Of a stretch of 64,000 nt of DNA, positions 1 to 9,227 are shown piece after piece. The stretch's first letter is position 1, and every line of letters starts with the position of its first letter. The notes beneath the pieces are model-generated. The model searched no databases, was not told where the DNA came from, and worked only from the letters and a program-made list of their open reading frames with translations. The DNA comes from Micrococcales bacterium (lineage in GTDB: Bacteria; Actinomycetota; Actinomycetes; Actinomycetales; Cellulomonadaceae). The stretch covers positions 5,568-69,567 of the forward strand of contig WRET01000005.1 of assembly GCA_009779195.1 (NCBI GenBank), written 5' to 3'. The position numbers and the translations under genes were made by a program.

Positions 1-614
1 CGCTTGCTCGGTTCGCGGGCGGCGAGCAAGAGCTGGGCGGCCTGGTCGAGCACGCCGTCGACGTCGGGCTCGCCGTAGCGGGCGTGCATCGCCAGGCCGT
101 CGCCGATGGCGACCAGCAGCGCGGCCATCGCGGGCGGGTCCACCCACCGTTGGATGTACCCCTCGCGCTGCAGGTCGACGATGAGCGTGGCGATGTAGTC
201 GACCAGCTCGGTGTGCAGGTCGGTCAGGGCGGCGGCCAGCGGTGGGTTGGCGGCGGCGGCGGCCATCGCGTCGGCGTAGGCGGCCAGGTCGGCCCGGGCG
301 GCGCTGAACGAGCCGATGATCGTGCCCAGGGCGGCCAGCAGCCGTTCGACCGGGTCGTCACCGGAGTCCAGGTCGGCCCGTACGGGGACCAGCCGTTCGC
401 GGAGCATCCCGGTGAGCGCCTCGGCGACGAGGGCGTCCTTGGAGCCGAAGTGGTAGGTGATCGCCTGCAGGTTCGCCCCGGCCGCCCGGGTGATCTCGCG
501 TGAGGTGAGCCCGGCCGTCCCGTGCACCCGTAAGGAGGCGACGGTGGCCTCCAGGAGCCGTTCGCGGGTGGTCGCGCCGGAGACCGGGTCCGGCCCAGGG
601 TCGGGGCCCGGCAT
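1..614 (-). CDS. TetR/AcrR family transcriptional regulator (C-terminal end runs off the window)
   Basis: The minus-strand frame from the ATG (reverse complement of 612-614) reads MPGPDPGPDPVSGATTRERLLEATVASLRVHGTAGLTSREITRAAGANLQAITYHFGSKDALVAEAL. This is a typical TetR N-terminal helix-turn-helix. It is absent from the ORF track because no stop codon lies inside the window. Confidence 0.85.
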   Translation of the reverse strand, partial: MPGPDPGPDPVSGATTRERLLEATVASLRVHGTAGLTSREITRAAGANLQAITYHFGSKDALVAEALTGMLRERLVPVRADLDSGDDPVERLLAALGTIIGSFSAARADLAAYADAMAAAAANPPLAAALTDLHTELVDYIATLIVDLQREGYIQRWVDPPAMAALLVAIGDGLAMHARYGEPDVDGVLDQAAQLLLAAREPSK

Positions 615-694
615 TGGTCGGTTCGGCGTCACCGGGTCACCGTAACCCTGGAGAGCCACGAGGGGAGGGGGCGACCAGAGGGCAGGCACTCATT

Positions 695-708
695 CATACG
701 ACTGTATG
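695..708. promoter_or_regulatory. Candidate TetR operator (CATAC-N4-GTATG inverted repeat) in the divergent promoter region
   Basis: The sequence catacgactgtatg lies in a comparatively AT-rich 110-bp gap between the divergent TetR and NmrA-like genes. Confidence 0.3.
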
Positions 709-722
709 GTACTGTCGCGGCC

Positions 723-1634
723 ATGACCACCGCCCTCATCACCGGCACCAACGGCTACACCGGCAGGCACCTTGCCCATGTGCTCATCGAGCGGGGACGC
801 CAGGTCCGCACCCTGACGCGCGACCCAGCCACGGTCACCCCACCGATCGACGCCCTCCCCTTCACCTTCGACGACCCCGAGCGCCTGACCGCGGCGTTCG
901 ACGGCATCGACACCTTCTACAACACCTACTGGGTGCGCTTCGCCCGCCGGGGCGCCAGCCACGACCTTGCCGTGGCCCACAGCCGGGCGCTCATCACCGC
1001 AGCCGCGCGAGCCGGCGTACGCCGCATGGTGCACATCTCCATCATGAACCCCGACCCCGACTCGCCCTACACCTACCAGCGCGGCAAGGCGATCGTCGAA
1101 GATCTGGTGCGCGCCTCGGGGATGAGCTACGCGATCCTGCGACCCTCGGTCCTGTTCGGCGGGGCCGAAGTGCTGCTCAACAACGTGGCCTGGCTGCTGC
1201 GGCACTTCCCCGTCTTCACGGTGCCCGGTGACGGCCGCTACCCGATACGCCCCACCCACGTGGACGACCTCGCCGAGCTGATGGCGGCTCTGGCCGCCGG
1301 GGACGACAACGTCGAACGCAACGCGGGCGGCCCCGAGACCTTCGCCTTCGGTGACCTGGTACGCCTCATCGGCAAGGCCACCGGTGCGCGGGCCCGGGTC
1401 GTCGATGCCCCGCGCGCGCTGGTGCTACCGGCGACCCGGGTCGTCGCCCGGATCACCGGCGACGTCACCGTGACCCGCGCCGAGCTCGACGCCCTCATGG
1501 ACGGCCTTGCCTCCTGCGACGGCCCACCCGCCGGCAAGCGGCGCTACACCGATTTCCTCATCGAGCACGGCCTCGCCTACGGCCGCACCTACACCCACGA
1601 GCTGCGCCGCAACTTCACCAGCCCTGCCTCCTGA
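723..1634 (+). CDS. NAD(P)-binding NmrA-like / atypical SDR family oxidoreductase
   Basis: The N-terminus MTTALITGTNGYTGRHLAHVLIERG carries a GxxGxxG Rossmann motif. The gene is 303 aa and divergent from the TetR gene. Confidence 0.75.
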   Translation: MTTALITGTNGYTGRHLAHVLIERGRQVRTLTRDPATVTPPIDALPFTFDDPERLTAAFDGIDTFYNTYWVRFARRGASHDLAVAHSRALITAAARAGVRRMVHISIMNPDPDSPYTYQRGKAIVEDLVRASGMSYAILRPSVLFGGAEVLLNNVAWLLRHFPVFTVPGDGRYPIRPTHVDDLAELMAALAAGDDNVERNAGGPETFAFGDLVRLIGKATGARARVVDAPRALVLPATRVVARITGDVTVTRAELDALMDGLASCDGPPAGKRRYTDFLIEHGLAYGRTYTHELRRNFTSPAS

Positions 1635-1748
1635 CCTTCCGGACGGGTCGGCGTGTCGGCCGGCGCGGGACGGCGCACCTGCGAACCGTCCACAGCCGAC
1701 GGTGGCGAGGGGGTCGAGTAACTGGGGTCACAGGCTGGGGGCCAGATC

Positions 1749-2978
1749 GTGCACGGTGGGTACATGCTCACTGCGTTGCCACCAACTTCCCAGCCGAGGC
1801 CCGTACCAGATCCGGGGCTGGTCACCCAGGTACGGGCCCGGCTGGGAGGACGAACGGACCCAGCGCTCGTCGCCGACGAGGTCGTCGCTGCGCTCGCCGG
1901 GACGGCACGGTTGTTGGGGCCGCGGGCGCTGGCCGCGACCGTCCGGGCGGTGTGCGACGAAGTGGTGGGGGCGGGGCCGTTGCAGCCTTTCCTCGACGAC
2001 CCGCAGGTCTGCGACGTGCTGGTCAACGGTCCGCACGACGTGTGGGTCGAACGGGCTGGGAGCCTGGTGCGCGTGCCGGTGGACCTGGCCGACTGCGCCG
2101 GGGTCCGGGCGCTGGCGGTGCGGCTGGCGGCGGTGGCAGGCCAACGCCTGGACGACGCGTGCCCAGCCGTGGATGGCCGGCTGCCTGACGGGACGCGCCT
2201 GCACGCCTTGCTGCCGCCGCTGGCCGGGGAGTGCACGGTGCTGTCGCTGAGGGTCCCGCGCGCCCGGCCTTTCACCCTGGACGAGCTGGTGCAGGCCGGG
2301 ACTGTCGCCCCCGCGTTGGTCCCGGTGCTGGGTGCGCTCGTGGAGCGTCGGGCGAACCTGCTGGTCACAGGCCCCACAGGGGTGGGCAAGACAACCTTGC
2401 TGGCGGCGCTGCTCGGTGAGGTGCCTCCTGACCAGCGCATCGTCGTGGTCGAGGAGGCCCGTGAGCTGAGCGTCGCGCACCCGCACGTGGTGAACCTGGC
2501 GACCCGGACCGCCAACGTCGAAGGCGCGGGGACGGTCGGGCTGGAAGCGTTGGTGCGTCATGCGTTGCGGATGCGCCCTGACCGGCTCGTCCTGGGCGAG
2601 TGCCGTGGATCAGAGGTGCGTGAGGTGCTCGCCGCTTTGAACACCGGGCACGAAGGCGGGTGCGCGACCCTGCACGCCAACGCCGCCGCCGACGTGCCTG
2701 CCCGTCTGGAGGCCCTGGGCGCTCTGGCGGGGATGGACCGGGCAACGGTCGCGGCGCAGGCTGCCAGTGCGGTGGACGCTGTGGTGCACCTGCGCCGTGC
2801 TGGCGGACACCGGTACGTGGCGCAGGTCGGTGCCGTGGGACGTGCCGCCGATGGCGCCCTCGCAGTCGACGTCGCCGTGGAGGTCGACCCGACGGGAACG
2901 GTGGTCCGCGGTCCGGCCTGGAACCGTCTGGCACTCAAGGCGGGTACGAGGCTGCACCTGGTGGACGGTGCGCTATGA
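1749..2978 (+). CDS. tadA: TadA/CpaF-family type II/IV secretion ATPase
   Basis: Motifs seen: VLVNGPHDVWVERAG, Walker A GPTGVGKTT, Walker B IVVVEEARE, GECRGSEV, and His-box HEGGCATLHAN. The start is uncertain (1749 or 1764). Confidence 0.9.
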   Translation: MHGGYMLTALPPTSQPRPVPDPGLVTQVRARLGGRTDPALVADEVVAALAGTARLLGPRALAATVRAVCDEVVGAGPLQPFLDDPQVCDVLVNGPHDVWVERAGSLVRVPVDLADCAGVRALAVRLAAVAGQRLDDACPAVDGRLPDGTRLHALLPPLAGECTVLSLRVPRARPFTLDELVQAGTVAPALVPVLGALVERRANLLVTGPTGVGKTTLLAALLGEVPPDQRIVVVEEARELSVAHPHVVNLATRTANVEGAGTVGLEALVRHALRMRPDRLVLGECRGSEVREVLAALNTGHEGGCATLHANAAADVPARLEALGALAGMDRATVAAQAASAVDAVVHLRRAGGHRYVAQVGAVGRAADGALAVDVAVEVDPTGTVVRGPAWNRLALKAGTRLHLVDGAL

Positions 2979-3613
2979 CCATGCTCACCGCTGTGCTGAT
3001 GGCCGCCGCAGCCGCGGTCCTGGTCGGGCCGTGGCGCACCCTGGGCCGGGCACAACGGTCCGCACGCGTGACCGGTCCACCACCCGACCTGGCAGCCGTC
3101 GTCGCAGGGGTCGCTGCCCGCCTGCGTGCGGGGGTCAGGGTGGGGGAGGCGTGGTCGCAGGTCCTGGGCGTCCCGGTGGGTGACGAAGGACCTGACCTGC
3201 GACAGCTGTGCACGGTGGGCGCACCGGCGTCCGCACGACCGTGGCGCACCACGCAGCCGTCCGGTGGTGCAGGCCGGGCCCAAGCAGTGGTCTGCGCCGA
3301 CCGTATGGCCACCGAGCTGGGCGCGCCGCTGGCCCCCGTGCTCGACACGGTCGCACAAGCCCTGGCCGCCGACGCCGAGGCTGAGGCCGAGCTCGGGGCG
3401 GCGCTGGCAGGTCCGCGCGCCAGTGCCAGCCTCGTCGGTTGGCTTCCAGTGTTCGGCCTGCTCCTGGGCGTGTTCGTGGGAGCCGACCCGGTGCGCGTGC
3501 TGACCGACGGCGCTCTGGGCACAGCCGCAGGCGTCGGCGGGGCTGTGCTGTTCGTCGCCGGGCGCGTGTGGTCACGGGCCCTGGTCGACCGGGCCCGCAG
3601 GTGGCAACGATGA
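2975..3613 (+). CDS. tadB: TadB-like type II secretion system F-family membrane protein
   Basis: The ATG at 2975 overlaps the tadA stop (ATGA). The protein starts with a hydrophobic stretch MTMLTAVLMAAAAAVLVGPW and has C-terminal TM helices, in the typical actinobacterial tadB position. Confidence 0.7.
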   Translation: MTMLTAVLMAAAAAVLVGPWRTLGRAQRSARVTGPPPDLAAVVAGVAARLRAGVRVGEAWSQVLGVPVGDEGPDLRQLCTVGAPASARPWRTTQPSGGAGRAQAVVCADRMATELGAPLAPVLDTVAQALAADAEAEAELGAALAGPRASASLVGWLPVFGLLLGVFVGADPVRVLTDGALGTAAGVGGAVLFVAGRVWSRALVDRARRWQR

Positions 3614-4137
3614 CGGTCCTCGCCGCGCTCCTGCTCGCCGTGGCCTTCGCGCCGTGGACGGTACGCCGCACCACCCCCGCGCCTGCCGACACCCCGCCAA
3701 CCCCCGCCGCCCCCGACGCGGTCCTCCTGCTGGCTCTCCTCGACGCAGCGATCGGCGCTGGCGCACCCGTCCCACGGGCCCTGCAAGCCGTCGGGGCATC
3801 TGTCGGCGGGGCGGTCGGAGACGCCTTGGCCACCGTCGGCGGACGCCTCACCCTCGGCGCCTCCTGGTCCGAAGCAGTCGCCGCCGCCCCCGCCAGCCTG
3901 TGTGACCAGCTCGAACCCCTCGGTGCCTCCTGGACCTCCGGCGCCGCTCCTGGTCCGCTGCTGCGTCAAGCCTGTGACCGTCTGGTCCGTGACCGCCGCG
4001 ACCTCACCCGCGTCGCCGCCGCCCGGTTGGGGGTCCGCCTCGTCCTGCCGCTTGGCCTGTGCCTCCTGCCTTCCTTCGTCCTCCTCGGCATCGTCCCCGT
4101 CGTGCTGTCCCTGACCGGCGCTTTCGTCAACCCCTGA
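3610..4137 (+). CDS. tadC: TadC-like type II secretion system F-family membrane protein
   Basis: The ATG at 3610 overlaps the tadB stop (ATGA). The N-terminus is MTVLAALLLAVAFAPW and the C-terminus has a TM segment LVLPLGLCLLPSFVLLGIVPVVLSL. Confidence 0.7.
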   Translation: MTVLAALLLAVAFAPWTVRRTTPAPADTPPTPAAPDAVLLLALLDAAIGAGAPVPRALQAVGASVGGAVGDALATVGGRLTLGASWSEAVAAAPASLCDQLEPLGASWTSGAAPGPLLRQACDRLVRDRRDLTRVAAARLGVRLVLPLGLCLLPSFVLLGIVPVVLSLTGAFVNP

Positions 4138-4241
4138 GGAGCAGCGCACTGTGCACCCGTTTGTGCAAGGAGGGACCGCTCGGCTGTGGTGCTGGCGGAG
4201 GCCTGGCTCGCCTCGGGGACAAAAGAGGGGAGGATAGATAC

Positions 4242-5249
4242 ATGCGGTTTCGACACCTGGGCCGGTCGGGCCTGAAGATCTCTGAGATTGCCTACGGTAA
4301 CTGGTTGACGCACGGCAGCCAGGTCGACGACGGCACGGCTGTGGCATGCGTGCAGGCGGCGCTCGAAGCGGGGGTGACGACGTTCGACACCGCTGACATC
4401 TACGCCGACGGGGCTGCTGAGACGGTGCTGGGCAAGGCCCTGGCGGGTGTGCCCCGTGAGTCGTTGGAGATCTTCACCAAGGTGTACTTCCCCACGGGGC
4501 ACAAGGGCCCGAACTCGACCGGGCTGTCGCGCAAGCACATCCGCGAGTCGATCGACGGGTCGTTGCAGCGCCTGGACACCGACTACGTGGACCTGTACCA
4601 GGCACACCGGTACGACTTCGCCACACCCCTGGAAGAGACCATGGGGGCGTTCGCCGACGTCGTGCGCTCTGGCAAGGCCCTGTACATCGGCGTCAGCGAG
4701 TGGACTGCCGACCAGCTGCGTGCCGCATCAGCGCTGGCGCGCGAGATGGGTGTGATGCTGGTGTCCAACCAGCCGCAGTACTCCATGGTCCAGCGGGCGA
4801 TCGAGGCCGAGGTCGTCCCGGCCTCACGCGAGCTGGGGATCTCGCAGGTCGTGTTCTCCCCGTTGGCCCAGGGTGTGCTCACCGGCAAGTACACCCCAGG
4901 TTCGTCGCCTCCGACCGGGTCGCGGGCCACCGACCCAGCGGGGTTGTCGTTCATGTCGTCCGTGCTGGCCGACGAGGTCCTCACCGCCGTCGCAGGCCTA
5001 CGGCCTGTCGCCGACGAGCTGGACGTGACCATGGCTCAGCTCGCTGTCGCGTGGGTGCTGGCCCACGACAACGTCGCCGCAGCGATCATCGGCGCCTCGC
5101 GCCCCGAGCAGGTGGTCGAGAACGTCGCCGCGTCCGGGGTGCAGATCCCAGGCGAGCTCATGGACCGTATCGACGAGGTCCTCGGCGCCGTCGTCATGAC
5201 CGACCCAGCATTCACCGCCAGACAGTCGCCCAAACGCCGCCTGGCGTGA
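4242..5249 (+). CDS. Aldo/keto reductase family oxidoreductase
   Basis: MRFRHLGRSGLKISEIAYGNWLTHG...TFDTADIYADGAAETVLGKAL...YVDLYQAHRYD are AKR signatures. A GGAG-type RBS lies upstream of the ATG at 4242. Confidence 0.9.
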   Translation: MRFRHLGRSGLKISEIAYGNWLTHGSQVDDGTAVACVQAALEAGVTTFDTADIYADGAAETVLGKALAGVPRESLEIFTKVYFPTGHKGPNSTGLSRKHIRESIDGSLQRLDTDYVDLYQAHRYDFATPLEETMGAFADVVRSGKALYIGVSEWTADQLRAASALAREMGVMLVSNQPQYSMVQRAIEAEVVPASRELGISQVVFSPLAQGVLTGKYTPGSSPPTGSRATDPAGLSFMSSVLADEVLTAVAGLRPVADELDVTMAQLAVAWVLAHDNVAAAIIGASRPEQVVENVAASGVQIPGELMDRIDEVLGAVVMTDPAFTARQSPKRRLA

Positions 5250-5270
5250 GCCGGAGGCGTAGGTCCAGGC

Positions 5271-6014
5271 TCACCGCAAGCGGTAGGTGACGATGGAGAC
5301 GGCCACGTAGTGGCACACGTACGCGGCCACGGTCAGCGTGTGGAAGATCTCGTGGAAGCCGAACCAGCGGGGGGACGGGTTGGGCCGTTTGAGCCCGTAG
5401 ACCACCGCGCCGACGGTGTACGCCAAGCCACCGGCGGCGATGAGGCACAGCACGCCCATACCGGCCTTGTCGTAGAACGCGGGTATGTAGAACACAGCGA
5501 CCCAACCCAGGGCCACGTAGATCGGCACGTACAGCCAGCGGGGCGCACCCAGCCAGAAGATGCGCAGGAGCAGGCCGACCAGCGCCCCGGACCACACGAT
5601 GGTCAGCAGGAGGCGGGCAGTGCTGGTGGGCAGCAAGATCACCGTCATCGGGGTGTACGTCCCGGCGATGATGAGGAAGATGTTCGTGTGGTCCAGCCGG
5701 CGCAGCACCCCGGCGACCCGCGGTGACCAGGTGCCGCGGTGGTAGACCGCCGACGTGCCGAACAACAAGAACGCGCTGATGGCGAAGACGACGTTCGCCC
5801 AGCGGACCCCTGCCGACGGTGACAGCGCGACCAGCACGATCCCCGCTGCCAGCACGAACGGCGAGATACCCGCGTGGATCCACCCGCGCAGCTTGGGTTT
5901 GATCGTCGAGGCGACGTGCCCGACCCGGTCGCCCACAGCTTCCACCGCTGCGCCGACAGCCCGTGAGAGCCCGTCGTTGCGGTGTGCGGTGTGCGGTGTG
6001 TCGGCTGTCGACAT
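5271..6014 (-). CDS. Hemolysin III / PAQR family membrane protein
   Basis: The protein has seven hydrophobic segments. Motifs: RGWIHAG, HTNIFLIIAGTYTP, HEIFHTLTVAA. Confidence 0.85.
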   Translation of the reverse strand: MSTADTPHTAHRNDGLSRAVGAAVEAVGDRVGHVASTIKPKLRGWIHAGISPFVLAAGIVLVALSPSAGVRWANVVFAISAFLLFGTSAVYHRGTWSPRVAGVLRRLDHTNIFLIIAGTYTPMTVILLPTSTARLLLTIVWSGALVGLLLRIFWLGAPRWLYVPIYVALGWVAVFYIPAFYDKAGMGVLCLIAAGGLAYTVGAVVYGLKRPNPSPRWFGFHEIFHTLTVAAYVCHYVAVSIVTYRLR

Positions 6015-6186
6015 CGTGCCTCCTGCTCAGGGTAAGTTACCTTAGCGTAGGTTACGCTACCGTAGGTTCAGAGTCGAGCATCGGTTGGTTCTCAACCATG
6101 GTGCGCCGTTGAGACCAAGTTTGCCCGGCGTCGTGGCCTGGGTTCGGTACCGTGGCATGTGACGAACTGTGTGAGGGAGCTCCCGC

Positions 6187-6948
6187 GTGCACATGCCGCA
6201 TCTGCTGTACGGGTTGTACGAACGCCGCCTGGCTGCCTCCCTGCCGCCGGACCGCACACCGCGCCACGTCGGGGTGATCCTCGACGGCAACCGCAGATGG
6301 GCGCGCAGCTCGGGGGTCTCGTCGGCCAAGGGGCACCGTGCCGGGGCGCAGAAGATCGTCGAGGTGCTGGACTGGAGCGAGGACATCGGCGTCGAGGTCG
6401 TCACCTTGTGGATGCTGTCGACCGACAACCTGGCCCGCGACCGCGACGAGCTGGGCGCGCTGCTGGCGATCATCGAGGACTCGGTGCGCGACCTGGCGGC
6501 CACCGGTCGCTGGCGGGTGCAGCCCATGGGTTCGCTGGACCTGCTGCCCGAACGCACCGTCGCGGCTCTGGAGGACGCCCGCAAGGCCACCGAGGATGTC
6601 ACGGGCCTGCACGTCAACGTCGCTGTGGGCTACGGCGGGCGGCAGGAGATCACCGACGCGGTGCGCACCGTGCTGCGCCAGCAGGCCGCCGCGGGGACCA
6701 CGTTGGCCGAGCTTGCCGAGGACTTCGACGTCGACCATATCGCCGAGCACCTGTACACCAGCGGCCAGCCTGACCCTGACCTGGTGATCCGCACGTCGGG
6801 GGAGCAGCGGCTGTCGGGGTTCTTGCTGTGGCAGTCCGCGCACTCCGAGTTCTACTTCTGCGAGGCCTACTGGCCCGACTTCCGGCGGGTCGACTTCCTG
6901 CGCGCGGTGCGGTCGTACGCCCAGCGCGAGCGCCGCCGCGGGCGCTGA
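6187..6948 (+). CDS. uppS: cis-Isoprenyl diphosphate synthase (UppS family; short Z-prenyl diphosphate synthase type)
   Basis: Motifs: PRHVGVILDGNRRWA, TLWMLSTDN, RTSGEQRLSGFLLWQSAHSEFYF. The gene is divergent from hemolysin III, as I recall for mycobacterial Rv1085c/Rv1086. Confidence 0.9.
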   Translation: MHMPHLLYGLYERRLAASLPPDRTPRHVGVILDGNRRWARSSGVSSAKGHRAGAQKIVEVLDWSEDIGVEVVTLWMLSTDNLARDRDELGALLAIIEDSVRDLAATGRWRVQPMGSLDLLPERTVAALEDARKATEDVTGLHVNVAVGYGGRQEITDAVRTVLRQQAAAGTTLAELAEDFDVDHIAEHLYTSGQPDPDLVIRTSGEQRLSGFLLWQSAHSEFYFCEAYWPDFRRVDFLRAVRSYAQRERRRGR

Positions 6949-6992
6949 GCCGCGTTTCTCAGCCGTCCCCGGAGGTATCCCACGATCTGCGG

Positions 6993-7014
6993 GCGTCAGT
7001 TTTCGTGCTGACGC
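6993..7014 (+). terminator. Hairpin downstream of uppS (GCGTCAG-N8-CTGACGC)
   Basis: A 7-bp perfect stem sits about 45 nt after the stop codon. There is no clear U-tract. Confidence 0.35.
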
Positions 7015-7304
7015 ACGATGGTGCCGGACGCGACATTGGGTGGCCCGGATGTGACCTGATGGTGGTGGCAGAACGTGCCCAAAGGTGACGGCGTGGCTGT
7101 CAGTGCACGTCAGAACGACGCGTCCCGGCGGGACGAGCTGTCGGCACCGTAGTCATTGGCAGTCTCTACAGGCAGTCGTGTGACCCGTTTGGCGGTATCG
7201 AGGAACAAGCGTCCTCGCACGTGCGCTCGCCCGAACGTGCGAATCGCCCCATTTAGTCCCCTAGATCTTCCCCAGAGGAGGTTCCGAGCAGGGACAATAG
7301 GGCT

Positions 7305-8267
7305 GTGTTGAGCGCGGAAGACGTCGAGAGGGTCCGGTTCGGGGCCACCAAGTTCCGGGAAGGCTACGACCAAGACGAGGTCGACGACATGCTGGACCGG
7401 ATCGTGGCGACCTTGCGCCACGACCCCAGCCGGCGTGTCGTCACCGCGGACGAGGTCTACACCACCACCTTCTCCTCCACCCGTTTCCGGGAGGGCTACG
7501 ACCCTGACGAAGTCGACGACTTCCTGGACAAGGTCATCGAGACCCTCGAAGAGGTCGAGCGAGGCCAGGCGCCCAAGGCTCCAGGGGCGCGCCACGAACC
7601 AGCACGTCATGAACCGGAACGTCGCGAACCCGTACGTCACGAACCAGTGCGTCACGAACCCGTACGTCACGAACCGTCACGGCCCGAGCCCGTACGCCAC
7701 GAGCCTGTACGTCACGAGGTCTCGCGCCCTGAACCGCGTCGCGAGCCGGCACGTCACGAACCGTCACGGCCTGAGCCCAGGCGCGAACCAGCGCGCCGCG
7801 ACGTGGCACGCCACGACCCCCGGCCGGTGACGACGACCACCTACCACGCCGGGCTGGCCGTCCCGCGCCCGTCGGCCGTCGACACCCAGCAGAACACGCT
7901 GATCCGCCCGCCGGTCGACGAGCAGTCCTGGGAAGACGAGTGGGACGACGACGACCAGTCCTGGGAAGACACAGCCCGCCGCCCGTCGGCCCCCACCCCG
8001 CCTCCCGCGCCGCCGGCCCGCGGGCGCCAGCAGCCGCGCCAGGCCCCGTCCACGGCCCACGGCTACCCCGCGCAGCAGCAGCAGTACTCCGACCCGAGCC
8101 TCCCGGCCATGCCTGCAGCAGCCATCGCTACCCGGCTACAGCTGGCACGTGCGACCTTGCCCACCGAGATCCGCGACACCCTCGTCGTCGAGCTCCCCAA
8201 CGGCAGCCTCCACCCGGTCATCGACGTCCAGACCGGCCGTGAAGGGATCGTCCTCGTCCTCGGCTAG
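7305..8267 (+). CDS. DivIVA-domain protein with two N-terminal DivIVA motifs and a charged pentapeptide-repeat linker
   Basis: The DivIVA N-terminal signature occurs twice (FREGYDQDEVDDMLDRIV and FREGYDPDEVDDFLDKVIETL). It is followed by an RHEPx repeat tract and a Q/P-rich tail. Confidence 0.8.
   Translation: MLSAEDVERVRFGATKFREGYDQDEVDDMLDRIVATLRHDPSRRVVTADEVYTTTFSSTRFREGYDPDEVDDFLDKVIETLEEVERGQAPKAPGARHEPARHEPERREPVRHEPVRHEPVRHEPSRPEPVRHEPVRHEVSRPEPRREPARHEPSRPEPRREPARRDVARHDPRPVTTTTYHAGLAVPRPSAVDTQQNTLIRPPVDEQSWEDEWDDDDQSWEDTARRPSAPTPPPAPPARGRQQPRQAPSTAHGYPAQQQQYSDPSLPAMPAAAIATRLQLARATLPTEIRDTLVVELPNGSLHPVIDVQTGREGIVLVLG
7590..7826 (+). repeat. In-frame 15-nt (pentapeptide R-H/R-E-P-x) tandem repeat tract inside the DivIVA-domain gene
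   Basis: The translation reads RHEPARHEPERREPVRHEPVRHEPVRHEPSRPEPVRHEPVRHEVSRPEPRREPARHEPSRPEPRREPARRDVARHDPRP. Confidence 0.85.
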
Positions 8268-8327
8268 CCAAGACGAGCCGACAGCCTCGCTGAACGGTTC
8301 GCCAGCAGGCCGCGCTCTGGTCGCGAC

Positions 8328-9227
8328 CTACCGAGATTTCACCCAGCCCAGGTCGACGGGCAGGCGCACGACATCTCCGGCGACAGCACGCAGGCCCGGA
8401 AGCGTCCAGGTGCGGTGCACCGCGCGCAGGCACGCACGACGCTCGGACCGTTCCAGCCCGACGTCCCGCGCGCCGTCGCGCACCGCCTGGTACACCAGCG
8501 GGATCTTGCGGGCGTAGGGGAACACCACGTGCGGACGGTTCGGGTCCACCCACACCGCCTCGGACCGCCGCTCCCCACCAGCCCGTTCGCGGTGCTCACG
8601 GATGTGCTGGACCGCCTCGGAGACCAGGCGCAACCGTCCGCGCACCGCCAGTGCGGCGGGCATGACGTACTCGCCAGAGGTGGACACGCAGGTCCCACCA
8701 GCCGCGCGCACCACCTCGGTGCGGAACAGCCCGAACTGCGTGGGCCACAGCATGCCTTTGAGCAAGATACCCACCCGCTCGTGCGGGGGACCGTCCAGGT
8801 CCACGTACAGGTGGTCTTCGTAGGGCCCACAGTCGACGCTGTCGTCGTCCAGGCGCCGCACCCACGGGAACGCCCCGACAGCCCCACTGTCGTCGTCCAG
8901 CGCTGCGACCAGCGCAGAGACCAGACCGGGCCCGCACACGTCGTCGTGGTACGCCCATTTGAACAGCTCGCCGGACGCTGCCTCCAGCAGCACGTTGGAG
9001 TTGTGCCCGCCGCCGATGTTCTCCTTCTGGCGAACCATGGTGATCCGCTCGTCGCGGGCGGTGAAGTCTGCGGCGATCTCGGGCGTCGCGTCCGTCGAGG
9101 CGTTGTCGGAGATGAGGATCTCCATATCGTCGAAGTCCTGCTCGACCAGCGAGGTCAGCGCCTCAGCCAGGTACTTCTCCCCGTTGTGCACCGGGACCGC
9201 CATGGTCACCCGTGGTCTTGCTGTCAT
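8328..9227 (-). CDS. Glycosyltransferase family 2
   Basis: The signature MAVPVHNGEKYLAEALTSLVEQDFDDMEILISDNASTDATPEI is present. The ATG at 9227 overlaps the stop of the upstream gene (ATGA). Confidence 0.85.
   Translation of the reverse strand: MTARPRVTMAVPVHNGEKYLAEALTSLVEQDFDDMEILISDNASTDATPEIAADFTARDERITMVRQKENIGGGHNSNVLLEAASGELFKWAYHDDVCGPGLVSALVAALDDDSGAVGAFPWVRRLDDDSVDCGPYEDHLYVDLDGPPHERVGILLKGMLWPTQFGLFRTEVVRAAGGTCVSTSGEYVMPAALAVRGRLRLVSEAVQHIREHRERAGGERRSEAVWVDPNRPHVVFPYARKIPLVYQAVRDGARDVGLERSERRACLRAVHRTWTLPGLRAVAGDVVRLPVDLGWVKSR

Noticed and set aside
6031-6068. An iron-box-like or direct-repeat motif (GTTACCTTAGCGTAGGTTACGCTACCGTAGGTT; CGTAGGTT twice, 15 nt apart) in the hemolysin-III/uppS divergent promoter region.
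   Set aside because: Only about 12 of 19 positions match the DtxR/IdeR consensus, and it is not a true palindrome. It may be an operator for an unknown regulator, but the evidence is too thin to call.
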